The translations under genes were made by a program, and so were the position numbers. The notes beneath the pieces were generated by a model. That model was not told where the DNA came from, made no database searches, and saw only the letters and a list, made by a program, of their open reading frames with translations. From an uncultured Planctomycetales bacterium (lineage in GTDB: Bacteria; Planctomycetota; UBA1135; JACQFD01), in the NCBI GenBank assembly GCA_964545855.1, contig CAZJHD010000015.1:9087-73086 (forward strand): a stretch of 64,000 nucleotides of DNA, written 5' to 3'. Numbering within the stretch: position 1 is the stretch's first letter; every line of letters starts with the position of its first letter. Positions 38,101-48,514 of the stretch are shown here, piece after piece.

Positions 38101-40051
38101 CGTCGACGCGCTCGGCGCCATCTCCGATCCCGCCGCCGGCGCGCTCCTCGCCAATGGCTACGCCTCCCTCGGAACCGCGGCGCGCGGGCGCGCCTTCGAG
38201 CGCCTCGTCGCGCGACCCGCCTGGACGGCGGCACTCCTCGACGAGCTGCGCGAGGAGCGGCTGTCGGCGAACGACCTCGGTCCCGCCGGTCTCGACCGCC
38301 TGCGCCACCACCCCGACGCCGCGACGGCGGCGCGCGCGCGGGAGGTCCTCGACGCGCTCGACGGCGGCGCCGAGACGAAGAACGTCGAGGAGTGGATCGC
38401 GAAGCTCCTCCCCATCGCGCAACAGCCCGGCGACGCGGCCCGCGGCCGCGAGATCTTCCGGACGAACTGCTTCTCCTGCCACGCCGTCGCGGGCGAGGGC
38501 GGGAAGATGGGCCCCGACCTCACGGGCATGGGTGCGCACGGCGCGCGCGCGCTGCTGCCGATCGTCCTCGACCCGAGCCGCACCGTGGAGGCGAGCTACG
38601 TCGAGTACGCCGCCGAGACCAAGGACGAGCGCCTCTTCACCGGCATCCTCGCGCGCGAGAGCGCCGACTCGGTGGTCCTCCGCAGCACCGCGGGCGATCA
38701 GGAGATCCGCCGCGCCGATCTCCTCTCGCTCCGCTCCACGGGCCGCTCGCCGATGCCGACGGGCTTCGAGACGCTCGGCGGCGAATCGCTCCGCGATCTC
38801 TTCGCCTTCCTCGCCGGCGACGCGGAAGGATTCCGCGTCCTCGATCTCAAGCCGCTCTTCACGGCGAGTACGCGCGAAGGCCTCTACGACCCGAAGCGCG
38901 ATCCGAACCGCATGGAGCTCGCGCGCACGGGCCTCGTGCGCGTCGAGGGCGTGCCCTTCGACGTCGTCGATCCCGCCCGCGGCAAGAACGCCCTCGTCCT
39001 GAAGGGAGGCCGCGTCGCCGGCTGGCGCTCCAAGGAGGAGATGCCCCGTCGCGTCGAGGTGCCCGTGGGCCTCGCCGTCGCACGCGTCCATGCGCTCTCG
39101 GGCATCGCCGCCTGGGGACACCCCTGCACCACCGACGAGCGCCCCATCGTGCTGTGGACCTGGGTCTACGCCGACGGCGAGCGCGAGGAGGCGGTGCTCC
39201 GCGACGGCGTCGAGTTCGCCGACTGGATCCGGCGCGTCGACGTGCCGGGCTCCGCGTGGGTCGACCTCGTGAGAAAGGGCAGCCCCGGCCAGGTGCGCCT
39301 GTTCTCGGTGGCGCCATCGCGCGCCGTCCCCGTCGAGAAGATCGTGCTCGCGAGCTACGACGACGACCGCGCGCCGACCTTCCTCGCCCTCACGGCGGAG
39401 CTGCCGGGCCGAGCCGAGGAGCCGGCCGAAGTGCTCCTCGTCGGCGGCGGCTCGAGCCACGACTTCGCGAAGTGGTGGGGAGGGAGCGACCTCGCGCTCC
39501 TCGGCGACGGAACGACCGCGCGCTACACGGAGGACCCGAAGTCGCTCGCGGCACGCATCCCCGCCGCGCGGCTCCTCGTGCTCGCGAACAACCAGCCGAT
39601 CCCCGCCGACGCGCGCCGCGAGGTCCACGGCCTCGTCGAGCGCGGCGGCGGGCTCCTGCTCCTCCACCCGGCCACGTGGTTCAACTGGGCCGACTGGCCC
39701 GAGTTCAACGCGCGCCTCGTCGGCGGCGGATCCCGGAGCCACGAGACCTACGGCGAGTTCGAGGTGCGCGTCGTCGACGCGTCGCATCCGCTCGCCGAGG
39801 GCCTTCCCGAGACCTTTCGCGTGAAGGACGAGCTCTACCGCTTCGAGCGCGAGCCTTCGGGTCCCGAACTCCACGTCGTCGCCGTCGGCCGCTCGCTCGC
39901 GACGGGCGCCGAGTTCCCCGTCGTCTGGACCGTCGAGCGCGCGAGCGGCCGCACCGCCTGCATCACGCTCGGCCACGACGGCGCCGCCCACGAGCATCCC
40001 GCCTACCGCACGCTCCTCCGCAACGCCGCCCGCTGGCTGCGCGCCCGATGA
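35120..40051 (+). CDS. PVC-type heme-binding dehydrogenase fusion: ThuA - beta-propeller dehydrogenase - HEAT - cytochrome c - lectin-like - ThuA
   Basis: Start MGWLPLG (signal peptide); two ThuA-like units (HPITKG...FDLDDEIY; HPLAEG...FRVKDELY); [22 protein letters not shown] and FRPV...[11 protein letters not shown]; CFSCH; GPDLT. Confidence 0.88.
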   Translation: MGWLPLGLGASVLTILASGALAQSPPRVFLRGGPKTHGEGQHDHPRFVEEWKTLLAERGAVVEGALRFPTAEELARTDVLVLYAAEGASIHGEERARLEEWMERGGGLVVIHDAVCGDDPQWFQSLAGGAWEHGHSKWLEGPIGLCFADREHPITKGVANFDLDDEIYFDLHVDPRAHVLAHAFHTPFDVTPQMWTFERGAGRALVSIQGHRHASFSHGAWRTLLLRGIAWAAQRDADLLTTPAEREALAYPEGGPLRPDAAASALRVHEDFTIELAAAEPLVVNPISMDWDPQGRLWVACTPGYPDKARFSGVPPHDRIVVLTDRDADGRMDEAKTFADGLDLVTSFVLYRDGVIASAAPDILYLEDTDGDGVADARSVVFTGFGFGDTHAVVSNFRQGLDGWIYATQGYSGNASRDIRNSLGQSFGAIGNGLFRFRSDGSAIEMVSSYGSNTWGVDIAWDGEIFFTMANGSHLRHVVLPEHSAAPGTFRGLESWKDVTDHDRVFPLVHHDRPPYVQIDFVGGFTGASGSCLYDGGAWPADWDGNHFVCEPTVNLVHRDLLVPDGVTFRASKAKNEEDEEFLAATDLWFRPVHARVGPDGALWILDFSNQAAIHNDTRGPKHGPTNAAVRPDRDHDHGRIWRIQHRAASPQPVPRLAGASPADLVAALEHRNGWVRATAARLLMETPAPRSSPELFRMATESPSPAARIRALWIHARAGFPSDPEKDPYLIAAIGDPSPIVRRNAVRAVARTLGTVEPSPSLLGVLSKLACDSDPRMRLTAITALRAPDQLPHVSWISLLMAWLMVEDPWTRSSITGLARSKGLARDLDSILKALGGPIPEDFLVEFAAGIAVRSESSELSRLLQVLAEQPVELAPVVAGLIRRFTIELPTAATAPPGIAPQLARLLRHPDPSVAIATLPLAARWDARGDLSNEVTALGDRLLALLRDESTPDAPALEALRALLAIDARRAAALEAAATLLAPRRAAETQSAAVDALGAISDPAAGALLANGYASLGTAARGRAFERLVARPAWTAALLDELREERLSANDLGPAGLDRLRHHPDAATAARAREVLDALDGGAETKNVEEWIAKLLPIAQQPGDAARGREIFRTNCFSCHAVAGEGGKMGPDLTGMGAHGARALLPIVLDPSRTVEASYVEYAAETKDERLFTGILARESADSVVLRSTAGDQEIRRADLLSLRSTGRSPMPTGFETLGGESLRDLFAFLAGDAEGFRVLDLKPLFTASTREGLYDPKRDPNRMELARTGLVRVEGVPFDVVDPARGKNALVLKGGRVAGWRSKEEMPRRVEVPVGLAVARVHALSGIAAWGHPCTTDERPIVLWTWVYADGEREEAVLRDGVEFADWIRRVDVPGSAWVDLVRKGSPGQVRLFSVAPSRAVPVEKIVLASYDDDRAPTFLALTAELPGRAEEPAEVLLVGGGSSHDFAKWWGGSDLALLGDGTTARYTEDPKSLAARIPAARLLVLANNQPIPADARREVHGLVERGGGLLLLHPATWFNWADWPEFNARLVGGGSRSHETYGEFEVRVVDASHPLAEGLPETFRVKDELYRFEREPSGPELHVVAVGRSLATGAEFPVVWTVERASGRTACITLGHDGAAHEHPAYRTLLRNAARWLRAR

Positions 40052-40926
40052 CGAAGACTCCGCCCGTCGACAACTCCCGCAAGGGCATCCTGAAGCGCTT
40101 CCGCGCGCAGATCGCGCGGGGCGAGGCCATCGTCGGCGGTGGCGCCGGCACCGGCATCTCGGCGAAGAGCGAGGAGGCGGGCGGGATCGATCTGCTGATC
40201 GTCTACAACTCGGGGCGCTACCGGATGGCGGGGCGCGGGTCGACGGCGGGTCTCATGCCCTATGGCAACGCGAACCAGATCGTTCGCGAGATGGCCTACG
40301 AGATCCTCCCCGTCGTGAAGCACACGCCGGTGCTCGCCGGCGTCTGCGGCACCGACCCCTTCATGATGCCGAAGCTCTTCCTGCGCGAGCTGAAGGAGCT
40401 CGGCTACGCGGGCATCCAGAACTTCCCGACGGTGGGCCTCATCGAGGGCGAGCTGCGCGCGACGCTGGAGGAGACGGGCATGAGCTACCAGCTCGAGGTG
40501 GACGTGACGGCCCTCGCCCACGAGATGGACCTGCTCACGACCCCCTACGTCTTCGACGTCGAGGAAGCGCGCCGGATGACCCGCGCCGGCGCCGACATCG
40601 TCGTGGCGCACATGGGCTGCACGAGCGGCGGCACCATCGGCGCGAAGACCGTGAAGACCCTCGACTCGTGCGTCGCGCGCATCCAAGCGATCGTGGATGC
40701 CTGCAAGGAGATCCGCAGCGACGTGATCTGCCTCTGCCACGGCGGCCCCATCGCCATGCCGCCGGACGCGCAGTACGTGATCGACCGCGTGCGCGGGATC
40801 GACGGCTTCTACGGCGCGAGCTCGACGGAGCGCTTCCCCACGGAGGTCGCCATCAAGAAGCAGATCGAGGAGTTCAAGCGCATCCGGCTGCCGAAGGGGC
40901 GGCGGCCTACGGGATCGCGAGGGTGA
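40048..40926 (+). CDS. Phosphoenolpyruvate hydrolase-like TIM-barrel protein (Tm-1-associated family)
   Basis: [66 protein letters not shown]; ATGA-coupled. Confidence 0.9.
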   Translation: MTKTPPVDNSRKGILKRFRAQIARGEAIVGGGAGTGISAKSEEAGGIDLLIVYNSGRYRMAGRGSTAGLMPYGNANQIVREMAYEILPVVKHTPVLAGVCGTDPFMMPKLFLRELKELGYAGIQNFPTVGLIEGELRATLEETGMSYQLEVDVTALAHEMDLLTTPYVFDVEEARRMTRAGADIVVAHMGCTSGGTIGAKTVKTLDSCVARIQAIVDACKEIRSDVICLCHGGPIAMPPDAQYVIDRVRGIDGFYGASSTERFPTEVAIKKQIEEFKRIRLPKGRRPTGSRG

Positions 40927-42427
40927 GTCCCCGCGTCGAGACGATGCCGAAGAACGACACGCTGCACGTCGAGAAGAAGGGCTCCACGAAGATCGTCTGC
41001 CCCTTGTAGGTCTTCCCCGAGAGCGACGGGTTGTTGGGGATCGGCGCCGGCGCGATCGCGCTCCCCGTCACGTCGGAGAACATGTCGAGCGTGTAGACCT
41101 CCGCCGAGAGGATCAGGTCGACATGGAGGAGCGCGCCGATCCCGAAGGGGTCCGCCCCCACGGGATCGGAGACGTCCGTCACGAGGACGAGGCCAAGGGC
41201 TTTCGGCGGCGCGTTCGTGCCCGTGATGCGGAACGACGCGTTCCCGAGCGACGGCGTGCCGCTCCCGTGGAGGCCGAGGCGCCCCTGGCACCCCGGCGTG
41301 CCCGTCCCGAACGTGCCGATGCCGGCCGGACTCACCGTCGTGTTGCGATGCACTCCGAGCTGCGAGAGCGCGCCGTAGAGCGTCGCCACGTCGAGCTTGC
41401 CGTCGTGATCGAGATCGGCGAGCCGCCCCGCGCCGTTCAGCGCAGAAGTCGCGAGACTCACGGGCGCGAGGAACGTCCCGATTCCCGAGTTGGCGTTCAG
41501 GCTGAGGAGCGCGGTCGTGCCTCCTCCGCTGACGAGATCGGGCGCGCCGTCCCCCGTCACGTCGTCGAGCACGAGCCATCCGATGCTCGCCGCGTTCAGC
41601 GTGGGAACGAGCGGCCCCGGCGCGAAAGCCCCCGTTCCGTTTCCGAGGAAGACCGGCACGGAGGTCGACAGGAAGGGAAGCGCTGCGAGATCGACGTGCC
41701 CGTCCAGATTCACGTCGCCAGCGGCGATCCCGAGAGCGATCGTCGCGGTCGTGACGGGCGCCGAGAGACCGCCGGCTCCGTTCGCGAGGAGCGTCGAGAT
41801 CGAGAAGATCTCGGAGACGACGACGTCGAGGACGCCGTCGCCGTTCACCGGGAGGACGAGGACACGACCCGGAGCCGCGCTCGTCGGGAACGCGACGGGA
41901 CTGCCGAGGGCGCCTCCGCCGAGACCGGCGAACTCCTTCACCTCCGCTGCGGCGCTGGAGGCCGTGACCACGTCAGGGCGTCCATCGCCCGTCACGTCGC
42001 CGGCGGCGTGGCTCGAGACGCCTCCCGCGACGGCGATCGTGCTCGGCGCACCGAGCGTCGTGCTGTCGTTGCCGAGGGCGATCGCGAGCTGTCCCGTGCT
42101 GGAGTCCGCGAAGACGAGGTCGAGGTCGCGATCGGCCTCCAAGTCCACGAGATTCAGACTCGCCTGGATGACCATTCCCCCGATGCTCGAGGCGGACGTG
42201 AATGCTCCCGCGCCGTCTCCGCGAAGGACCTCCGCGGCAAGAGTGCCGCCCCCGAGGAGGTCGTAGCCTGCGACCAAGTCGAGGAATCCGTCCCGGTCGA
42301 TGTCTCCGGCTGCGAGCCGCGTCCCACCCGCACCGATCGGGAACGTCTGATGAGTGAAGCTCTGGGCCGTCGCAGGAGCAGCGAGAGCGGCCAGGACGAT
42401 GAAGACTCGGGCGAGGATCGGGGTCAT
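40907..42427 (-). CDS. Secreted FG-GAP repeat protein with C-terminal extension domain
   Basis: Start MTPILARVF (signal ends ATAQ); [44 protein letters not shown]; C-terminal FGTGTPG...GLTLAIP. Confidence 0.88.
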   Translation of the reverse strand: MTPILARVFIVLAALAAPATAQSFTHQTFPIGAGGTRLAAGDIDRDGFLDLVAGYDLLGGGTLAAEVLRGDGAGAFTSASSIGGMVIQASLNLVDLEADRDLDLVFADSSTGQLAIALGNDSTTLGAPSTIAVAGGVSSHAAGDVTGDGRPDVVTASSAAAEVKEFAGLGGGALGSPVAFPTSAAPGRVLVLPVNGDGVLDVVVSEIFSISTLLANGAGGLSAPVTTATIALGIAAGDVNLDGHVDLAALPFLSTSVPVFLGNGTGAFAPGPLVPTLNAASIGWLVLDDVTGDGAPDLVSGGGTTALLSLNANSGIGTFLAPVSLATSALNGAGRLADLDHDGKLDVATLYGALSQLGVHRNTTVSPAGIGTFGTGTPGCQGRLGLHGSGTPSLGNASFRITGTNAPPKALGLVLVTDVSDPVGADPFGIGALLHVDLILSAEVYTLDMFSDVTGSAIAPAPIPNNPSLSGKTYKGQTIFVEPFFSTCSVSFFGIVSTRGLTLAIP

Positions 42428-42569
42428 CGGGGTCGATCGCGAAGAGGGACTCGGCTCTCTCGAACGCAAAGGCGGCGCCGCCACGACCACCACCGCGCAC
42501 TCCGGGGTATCCGAGCGGCGCGAAACGGTCAACGAGAGAGAATGCGCCGCGACCCGTTCCCGACCCGCC

Positions 42570-42986
42570 ATGTGCGCCGATCACTTCCTCCGATTCGTCA
42601 CGTCCTCCGACGCCCAGGTCGAGCAGCTCCCCTGGGGTCCCCACGAGTGGCTCTCGAACGCGGGCCTCACCGGCGCGCGGCAGATCCAGGTGGTGCGCGT
42701 GACGATGCCGCCGGGGAAGGCGCACGCGTTCCACCGGCATCCGGCGATGGAGGAGGTCCTCTACTACCTGGAGGGCCGCGGCGAGCAGTGGGTCGGCCGC
42801 GAGAGGCGCACGCTGCGGGCCGGCGAGGTCGCCTTCGTGCCGCGCGACGAGGTGCACGGCACCTACAACGTCTCCGACGAACCGCTCGTCTTCCTCGCGA
42901 TCCTCTCCCCCGCCGTCTTCGAAGGGCCCGCGCTGATCGACGTCTCGCAGGACGAGCCCTGGCGCTCGATCCGCGGCGCGGGCTGA
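42570..42986 (+). CDS. Cupin domain protein
   Basis: Start MCADHFL; HAFHRHPAMEEVLYYLEG and FVPRDEVHGTYN, the two cupin metal motifs. Confidence 0.9.
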   Translation: MCADHFLRFVTSSDAQVEQLPWGPHEWLSNAGLTGARQIQVVRVTMPPGKAHAFHRHPAMEEVLYYLEGRGEQWVGRERRTLRAGEVAFVPRDEVHGTYNVSDEPLVFLAILSPAVFEGPALIDVSQDEPWRSIRGAG

Positions 42987-43143
42987 GCGGGGCGGACGAC
43001 CTCGGAGCGGGCCCGGATCGATGGGTCCGCCGGATTCCCGGTCCAACGCGCCGCCGTTCCTTCAAGGAGACCTGCCGGACCCGACCGCCGCGACGGGAGC
43101 ACTCGCGCCCGCGCGAACGACGCCCACCGAACGGAGATCTCCA

Positions 43144-44370
43144 ATGCTCTCGTGGCACTCCTTCCTCCCGCTGCTCGGCCCGATCGCACTCCTCCCGCTG
43201 CGCGGACCGGATGCGCTGCTCGTGCCGGCGCAGTTCCCGACCATCCAGGCGGCCGTCGACGCCTCCGTCGACGGCGACACGATCGCGATCAGCAGCGGCA
43301 CCTACGCGGAGTCCGTCGTCGTCTCGGGCAGGTCGAATCTCGTCCTGCTGGGCAAGGGGAAGGTCGTGATCGATCCGCCCGGCGACGTGGTCGGCCTGAC
43401 GCTCGAGGGCTGCACGAACTCCAGCGTGAAGGGCATTCGCGTCACGGGGGCGTCGGTCGGCATCCTCCTGACCGGATGCACGGGCGGCGGCGTGGTGAAG
43501 TGCCGCGTCGAGAGCGTGTCCGACGCCGGCATCAGCATCGACGGCTCCAGCGGTGTCACGGTCGAGCAGTGCACGATCATCGATACCGAGAGGGACGGCA
43601 TCATCCTCGGAGCCACCGAGTCCACGCCGTCGAACGACTGCTTCGTCCGGAAGAACAAGATCCACCGCGCTGGCGACGAAGGGATCGACGTCAGCGGCAA
43701 CGGGAACGCCGTCGAGGGGAATCAGGTCCGCGATGCGGTGAGCGACGCGTTCCGGACCGAGTTCGAGCCGCTCGCCACTGCAAACACCTTCCACAAGAAC
43801 AAGGCGATGATGCCGGGCGGGGCCGGATTCCGGGTGCACGGCACCTCGAACGTCCTGACGGACAATCACGTCGTGAAGTGCGTCGACCACGCGGTCCGGC
43901 TGCAGCAGGGATCCGGCCACGTCGTACAGCGCCTCAAGTCCCTCGCCTCCGGGCGAGACGGCGCCTTCTGCCATCCGAGCGTCACCGGAGTGACCATCAC
44001 TGGCTGCACCATCACGAAGCCGACGCAGAAGGGCATCGACATCGAAGGCGCGCGATCGACCGTGTCCGGCAACCGGATCACGAAGCCGGGCCTCGCCGGA
44101 TGCGAGATCGAAGGAGACGAAGCGACCGTCGACTCCAACAAGGTCTCGGCGGCTGGAGAGGACGGCTTCCACGTCTGGGGAAGCGGAGGGACCTACACCA
44201 AGAACACCGCTTCGGCCTGCGCCGGCGACGGCTTCGAGCTCGCCGGCGCCGGCAACACGCTCTCCCTCAACCGGGCCAAGGGCAGCAAGGGCGGCTTCGA
44301 CCTGAACGACGAGAGCGGCGGCGCGAATGCCGTCGACGGCTCGAATCAGTTCAAGACCACGTCTCCCTGA
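43144..44370 (+). CDS. Secreted right-handed parallel beta-helix protein (NosD/pectin-lyase-like)
   Basis: VPAQFPTIQAAVDA...GDTIAISSGTYAE start motif; repeated ~22-aa coils (GIDIEG..STVSGNRI). Confidence 0.88.
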   Translation: MLSWHSFLPLLGPIALLPLRGPDALLVPAQFPTIQAAVDASVDGDTIAISSGTYAESVVVSGRSNLVLLGKGKVVIDPPGDVVGLTLEGCTNSSVKGIRVTGASVGILLTGCTGGGVVKCRVESVSDAGISIDGSSGVTVEQCTIIDTERDGIILGATESTPSNDCFVRKNKIHRAGDEGIDVSGNGNAVEGNQVRDAVSDAFRTEFEPLATANTFHKNKAMMPGGAGFRVHGTSNVLTDNHVVKCVDHAVRLQQGSGHVVQRLKSLASGRDGAFCHPSVTGVTITGCTITKPTQKGIDIEGARSTVSGNRITKPGLAGCEIEGDEATVDSNKVSAAGEDGFHVWGSGGTYTKNTASACAGDGFELAGAGNTLSLNRAKGSKGGFDLNDESGGANAVDGSNQFKTTSP

Positions 44371-44437
44371 AGACTGGAATCGCGCCTCGCCGCCAGCACC
44401 CTGAGCGTCGGTCCGGCGCCTCGAACCGATCGACCGT

Positions 44438-44806
44438 TCAGCAGATCGACTGCCGCGCGCGCTCCTTCAGGAACTCGACGAATCGATTGCGCTCGTCCAC
44501 GAGGATGCACCGCGGCTCCGACGCCTTCTCCGCCAGGTGGAAGCTCATGATGATCACCTGGTCGCCCGCCTTCACGAGGTGCGCCGCGGCGCCATTGATT
44601 CCGACGATGCCGGAGCCGCGCTCGCCCTTGATCACGTAGGTCTCGAGCCGGGCGCCGTTCGTGTTGTCGACGATCAGGACCTTCTCCCACTCGGAGATGT
44701 CCGCGCGGAGCATGAGGTCCTCGTCGATCGTCACGGAGCCGACATAGTCGACGTTCGCCTCGGTGACGGTCGCGTTGTGGATCTTGGACCGGAGGAAGAT
44801 GCGCAT
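44438..44806 (-). CDS. panD: Aspartate 1-decarboxylase proenzyme
   Basis: [22 protein letters not shown] (Gly-Ser self-cleavage site), [24 protein letters not shown]. Confidence 0.95.
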   Translation of the reverse strand: MRIFLRSKIHNATVTEANVDYVGSVTIDEDLMLRADISEWEKVLIVDNTNGARLETYVIKGERGSGIVGINGAAAHLVKAGDQVIIMSFHLAEKASEPRCILVDERNRFVEFLKERARQSIC

Positions 44807-45039
44807 GGGGGGCCGAAGAAGGTACCTCGTGTCCGCCGACTCGTCAGCCCGGGCGCGAGACCCGGCGCGGAGCGCGCGCAGGGTAGCCCCTCCCGAGGGC
44901 GACGCCCAACGCGGACGCAGGGCCGCTCCATTCCGGTAGGGTGCCCTCGTCACGAAGTGTGCGCGCCGTCACGACGGAGACCTCCGGCGACGGGCCGTGT
45001 GCGCCTTCGCGCTCCTCCCCTTCTTCCTGGAGATCCTGC

Positions 45040-45687
45040 ATGCGGCTCCGTCCTCTCGTCACTTGCATCGCCTCGGCCCTGGCCGCCGGCGCGTTCCTCG
45101 CCGCTCCGGCCGCGTCCGCGCAGGACCGCCCCGCATCGCGGCCCGCGCCGACCGAGCGTCGCGCGGAACCGGAGGCGCAGCGCCCGACGCCCCCCGCGCG
45201 ACCTTCGAGCCCCGAGGTCACCGCGCCCGTCGACGGAGACGAGGCGGCGCACCTCCGTCGCTACGCGCAGCAGACCGCGAAGCATCGCGAGCGGCTCGCG
45301 AGGATCGCGCGCCTTCGGGAGCTCGCCGCCGCCAAGGGACAGCAGGAGCGCATCGCGGCGCTCGACGCCCTCGCGAAGAAGCAGGAGTCGGTCTTCGAGA
45401 AGCGCGTCGCGAAGATCCAGGAGAAGATCGGCTCGGAGAAGCTCGAGCGAGCGAAGCAGAATCTCCGCCGGCCGGCGCGACCCGACGCAGACGTCCCGAA
45501 GAGACCTTCGGCGGACGTCCCGAAGCGCCCCTCGGCCGACGCGCCGAAGCGACCGTCCGCGGACACGCCGAAGCGACCGTCCGAAGCGAAGCCCGAGCGG
45601 CCGAAGGAGCCGGCCAAGGAGCGCCCCAAGGACCGTCCGAAGGACGGTCTCGCGCCCATTCGCCCGTCCTCGTCCAACCCCCGCTGA
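45040..45687 (+). CDS. Secreted coiled-coil protein with basic Pro-rich repeat tail
   Basis: Start MRLRPLV (signal ends ASAQ); helical KHRERLARIARLRELA...; AD[VAT]PKRPS repeats. Confidence 0.72.
   Translation: MRLRPLVTCIASALAAGAFLAAPAASAQDRPASRPAPTERRAEPEAQRPTPPARPSSPEVTAPVDGDEAAHLRRYAQQTAKHRERLARIARLRELAAAKGQQERIAALDALAKKQESVFEKRVAKIQEKIGSEKLERAKQNLRRPARPDADVPKRPSADVPKRPSADAPKRPSADTPKRPSEAKPERPKEPAKERPKDRPKDGLAPIRPSSSNPR
45487..45582 (+). repeat. Four 24-nt coding tandem repeats (AD[V/V/A/T]PKRPS)
   Basis: gcagacgtcccgaagagaccttcg / gcggacgtcccgaagcgcccctcg / gccgacgcgccgaagcgaccgtcc / gcggacacgccgaagcgaccgtcc; variation is mostly synonymous. Confidence 0.9.
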
Positions 45688-45697
45688 GGAACCCCCG

Positions 45698-45952
45698 ATG
45701 AAGACTCTCCGACTCACGACCGCGTTCCTCGCGGTGTCCCTCGCGATCGCGATCCTCGGCGCGCTCCTCGCCGCCTGCGGCACGAGCGACTCGCACGCCT
45801 CCGGCCCCGACGCGGAGACCTACGGCGTGACCGTTCCGACCGAGTCCGAGGCGAAGCAGCATGCGGACGCGACGATCGACGAGGCGAACGCCGACGCCGA
45901 GTTCCAGAAGCTGATGAAGGAGATCGAGGCGGACGCGGAGAGCGACGGCTGA
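45698..45952 (+). CDS. Small acidic lipoprotein (84 aa)
   Basis: MKTLRLTTAFLAVSLAIAILGALLAAC lipobox; D/E-rich helical tail. Confidence 0.8.
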   Translation: MKTLRLTTAFLAVSLAIAILGALLAACGTSDSHASGPDAETYGVTVPTESEAKQHADATIDEANADAEFQKLMKEIEADAESDG

Positions 45953-45986
45953 GGACTTCCACCGACGCCGCGTCGCCCCGCGCCGG

Positions 45987-47093
45987 CTATCGCTCCTCCG
46001 GCGGCGTCCAGACCGCGCCCGTGCCGGCGGGCCGTCCGTCCTCGCCGCCCCAGATCCAGAAGGAGCGGCCCGTCCAGAGCGCGGCGGCGCCCGCGCGCGG
46101 TGCGCAGGGCGCCGGTGGAAGCGACGACCAGCGCGCGCATCGGAGGTCGTAGCGCGCGCCCTCGCCGATGCACCGCGCGGTCTGGCCACCTGGGAGCGCG
46201 CGACCGCTCCAGAGGAAGAGCTCGCGGCCGGTCCACGCGACGGCGGCGTCTCGGCGCGCCGAGGGCGCGCCCCCGGAGGAGACCGCGCTCCACCGGCCGG
46301 TCTCCGGGTCGAAGGCCGCCGCGCGTCCGTCGCCGACGACGAGCACCTTCTCGCCGGTCCAGAACGCCGCCGGCTTCGCGATCGCGCCAGGGCTCCCTTC
46401 CGCGGGCAGCGCGGTCCACGCGCCGCGCGCGGGATCGAAGCGCGCGCCGTCGCGGAGCGCGCTCGATCCGTTGATGCCGCCGAAGACGACGAGCTCGCTC
46501 TCCGTCCACGCGGCGGCGGCGGCGCGCCGCCCGCTCGGCGCGCCCTCCGAGGGAATCGCGCGCCACCTGCCCGCGGCGGGATCGAAGGCCCCTCCGTCCG
46601 AGTAGGCGTGCTCCTCCGTGACGCCGCCCCAGACGACGAGCTCGCGGCCCGTCCAGACGGAGGCCATCTCGACGCGAGCGCGCGGCGCACCCGCCGTGGG
46701 AATCGGCTCCCAGCGGTCGGCCGCCGGGTCGTAGGCCGCGCCATCGCCGAAGACGTCCATGCTCGCGCCGCCGCCCCACAGGAGCATGCGCGACCCGGTC
46801 CACACGGCGGCATGGTGCGCACGCGGCGACGGAGCTCCCTCGGCCGCGACGGGACGCCAGCGCCACGCGTCGAGGTCGAAGCGTGCGCCGCTCGCGACGT
46901 AGCGCGCTCCGTCGTGGCCGCCCCACACGATCACCTCGCGTCCCGCGAGCACCGCCGTGTGGCCCTCGCGAGCGCTGGGCGCCCCCGCCTCCGGGATCTC
47001 GCGCCAGGCCGACGGGCGCGACTCCTGCGCGCGCAGACCGGTCGCCGTCGCGAGCACCGCGAGCACGACGATCGCTCGGCGTCTCGGAGCCAT
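45987..47093 (-). CDS. Secreted Kelch-repeat beta-propeller protein
   Basis: Six repeats of PSAR..H.AVWTG..LVVWGG...G..YDP...W; start MAPRRRAIVV. Confidence 0.88.
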   Translation of the reverse strand: MAPRRRAIVVLAVLATATGLRAQESRPSAWREIPEAGAPSAREGHTAVLAGREVIVWGGHDGARYVASGARFDLDAWRWRPVAAEGAPSPRAHHAAVWTGSRMLLWGGGASMDVFGDGAAYDPAADRWEPIPTAGAPRARVEMASVWTGRELVVWGGVTEEHAYSDGGAFDPAAGRWRAIPSEGAPSGRRAAAAAWTESELVVFGGINGSSALRDGARFDPARGAWTALPAEGSPGAIAKPAAFWTGEKVLVVGDGRAAAFDPETGRWSAVSSGGAPSARRDAAVAWTGRELFLWSGRALPGGQTARCIGEGARYDLRCARWSSLPPAPCAPRAGAAALWTGRSFWIWGGEDGRPAGTGAVWTPPEER

Positions 47094-47154
47094 GCGCCCC
47101 AGCCTATCTCCTCGGTCTCGATCGGGCCCTCTTCGCCGACAATGGCGCACGCCG

Positions 47155-48465
47155 ATGCTCCACACTGCACGCTTCGCCGCGGCGCTGACGGGTCTCGTCG
47201 CCGCGGCGTCGGCGGCCGGCGAGGGCCGTGTCGCTCCGCCTCCCGCCGAGATCGCCGAGCGTTTCGCGCTCGCACCGAGCCAGACGCAGTGCCTCCTCGT
47301 CGAGGGCACGCCTTTCGTCGCGAGCTCCGCCGTCTCGCCCTTCGCGCTCCTCGAGGCGGAGTTCCTCGCGCGAGCGATGGTCGGCGACCGCGTCGATCTC
47401 CTGCGCGCGCTCGGCGCCGCGCGCGTGCGCTTCGTCGCCATGGGCGTGCGCGAGATGACGTGCGACGTGCCCGACCACGCCGACCTCTTCCCGCCCGCCT
47501 ACTGGAACAAGCGCGCCCGCGGCCTCGGCGCGACGACGCGGCGTCCCGCCGTGAGCGCCGGCGAGGAGAACCTGCTCGGGCTCGAGGGCGATCCCTATGC
47601 GACGGAGTCGATCTTCGTCCACGAGTTCGCGCACGCGCTCCACGAGATCTCCCTCGCCTCCGTCGATCCGCGCTTCGACGCGCGCCTGCGCGAAGTCTTC
47701 GATGCGGCCATGGCGAAAGGTCTCTGGAAGGGCACCTACGCCGCGAGCAATCCCTCCGAGTACTGGGCCGAGGGTGCGCAGAGCTGGTTCGACACGAATC
47801 GGGAGAACGACGCGCAGCACGGCTCCGTCGACACGCGCGACGAGGTGCGGGCGCACGACCCCGCGCTCGCGACGCTGCTGGAGGAGGTCTTCGGCGGCCG
47901 GCCGTGGCGCTACGTGAACCCGCGCGCGCGCCCGCAGCCGGGCCACCTCGCGGGCTTCGATCGGTCGAAGGCGCCCCGCTTCGATTGGCCCGCCGAGGTG
48001 ACCATGGCCTTCGCGCGCCAGGAGGCTCTCGAGCGTGCGACGGAGCGGCGCGACGGCGAGGAGGAGCTCGCATGGCTCCGTCGCGGCGCCGAGGCGGGGA
48101 TCGCGTCGAGCCAGGCGGCGCTCGGCCTGCGCCACCGGGACGGGCGCGGCGTTCCCCAGGACGACGCAACGGCGGTCCGTTGGTTCCGCCGCGCTGCCGC
48201 CCTGGGCGACCCCGACTCCCTCGATCATCTCGGATGGATGACGCGCGAAGGCCGCGGCACGGAGCGCGACGACGCGGAGGCCGTCGCGCTCTTCGTGCGC
48301 GCGGCGTCGATGGGTCACCCGCAGGCGATGGCGAACCTCGCCGCGATGCTCGACGCGGGCCGCGGCGTCGCGCAGCTCGATCCCGACGAGGCGCTGCGCT
48401 GGCTCCGCCGCGCCGCGATCCGTGGTCACGCCGGCGCGCGCGCCCGGCTCGGAAACGCCTGGTAG
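47155..48465 (+). CDS. Secreted zinc-dependent peptidase-like domain fused to Sel1 repeats
   Basis: VHEFAHALH (HExxH) and EYWAEG; C-terminal Sel1 units (GRGVPQDDATAVRWFRRAA, GRGTERDDAEAVALFVRAA). Confidence 0.82.
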   Translation: MLHTARFAAALTGLVAAASAAGEGRVAPPPAEIAERFALAPSQTQCLLVEGTPFVASSAVSPFALLEAEFLARAMVGDRVDLLRALGAARVRFVAMGVREMTCDVPDHADLFPPAYWNKRARGLGATTRRPAVSAGEENLLGLEGDPYATESIFVHEFAHALHEISLASVDPRFDARLREVFDAAMAKGLWKGTYAASNPSEYWAEGAQSWFDTNRENDAQHGSVDTRDEVRAHDPALATLLEEVFGGRPWRYVNPRARPQPGHLAGFDRSKAPRFDWPAEVTMAFARQEALERATERRDGEEELAWLRRGAEAGIASSQAALGLRHRDGRGVPQDDATAVRWFRRAAALGDPDSLDHLGWMTREGRGTERDDAEAVALFVRAASMGHPQAMANLAAMLDAGRGVAQLDPDEALRWLRRAAIRGHAGARARLGNAW

Positions 48466-48514
48466 CGCGACGCGCCTCTCTTCGCGACGCTGTCTCGATC
48501 TTTCGAGGAAGCCC

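Noticed and set aside
34322-39997. 1891-aa minus-strand ORF
   Set aside because: Antisense shadow of the PVC-type dehydrogenase, which carries all the recognisable motifs.
42480-42540. Minus-strand TTGACC-N17-TACCCC promoter for the FG-GAP gene
   Set aside because: Good -35 and spacing, but the -10 lacks the conserved final T; too weak to call.
45487-45582. Direct repeats considered as a CRISPR array
   Set aside because: Contiguous 24-nt in-frame coding repeats with no spacers and no cas genes.
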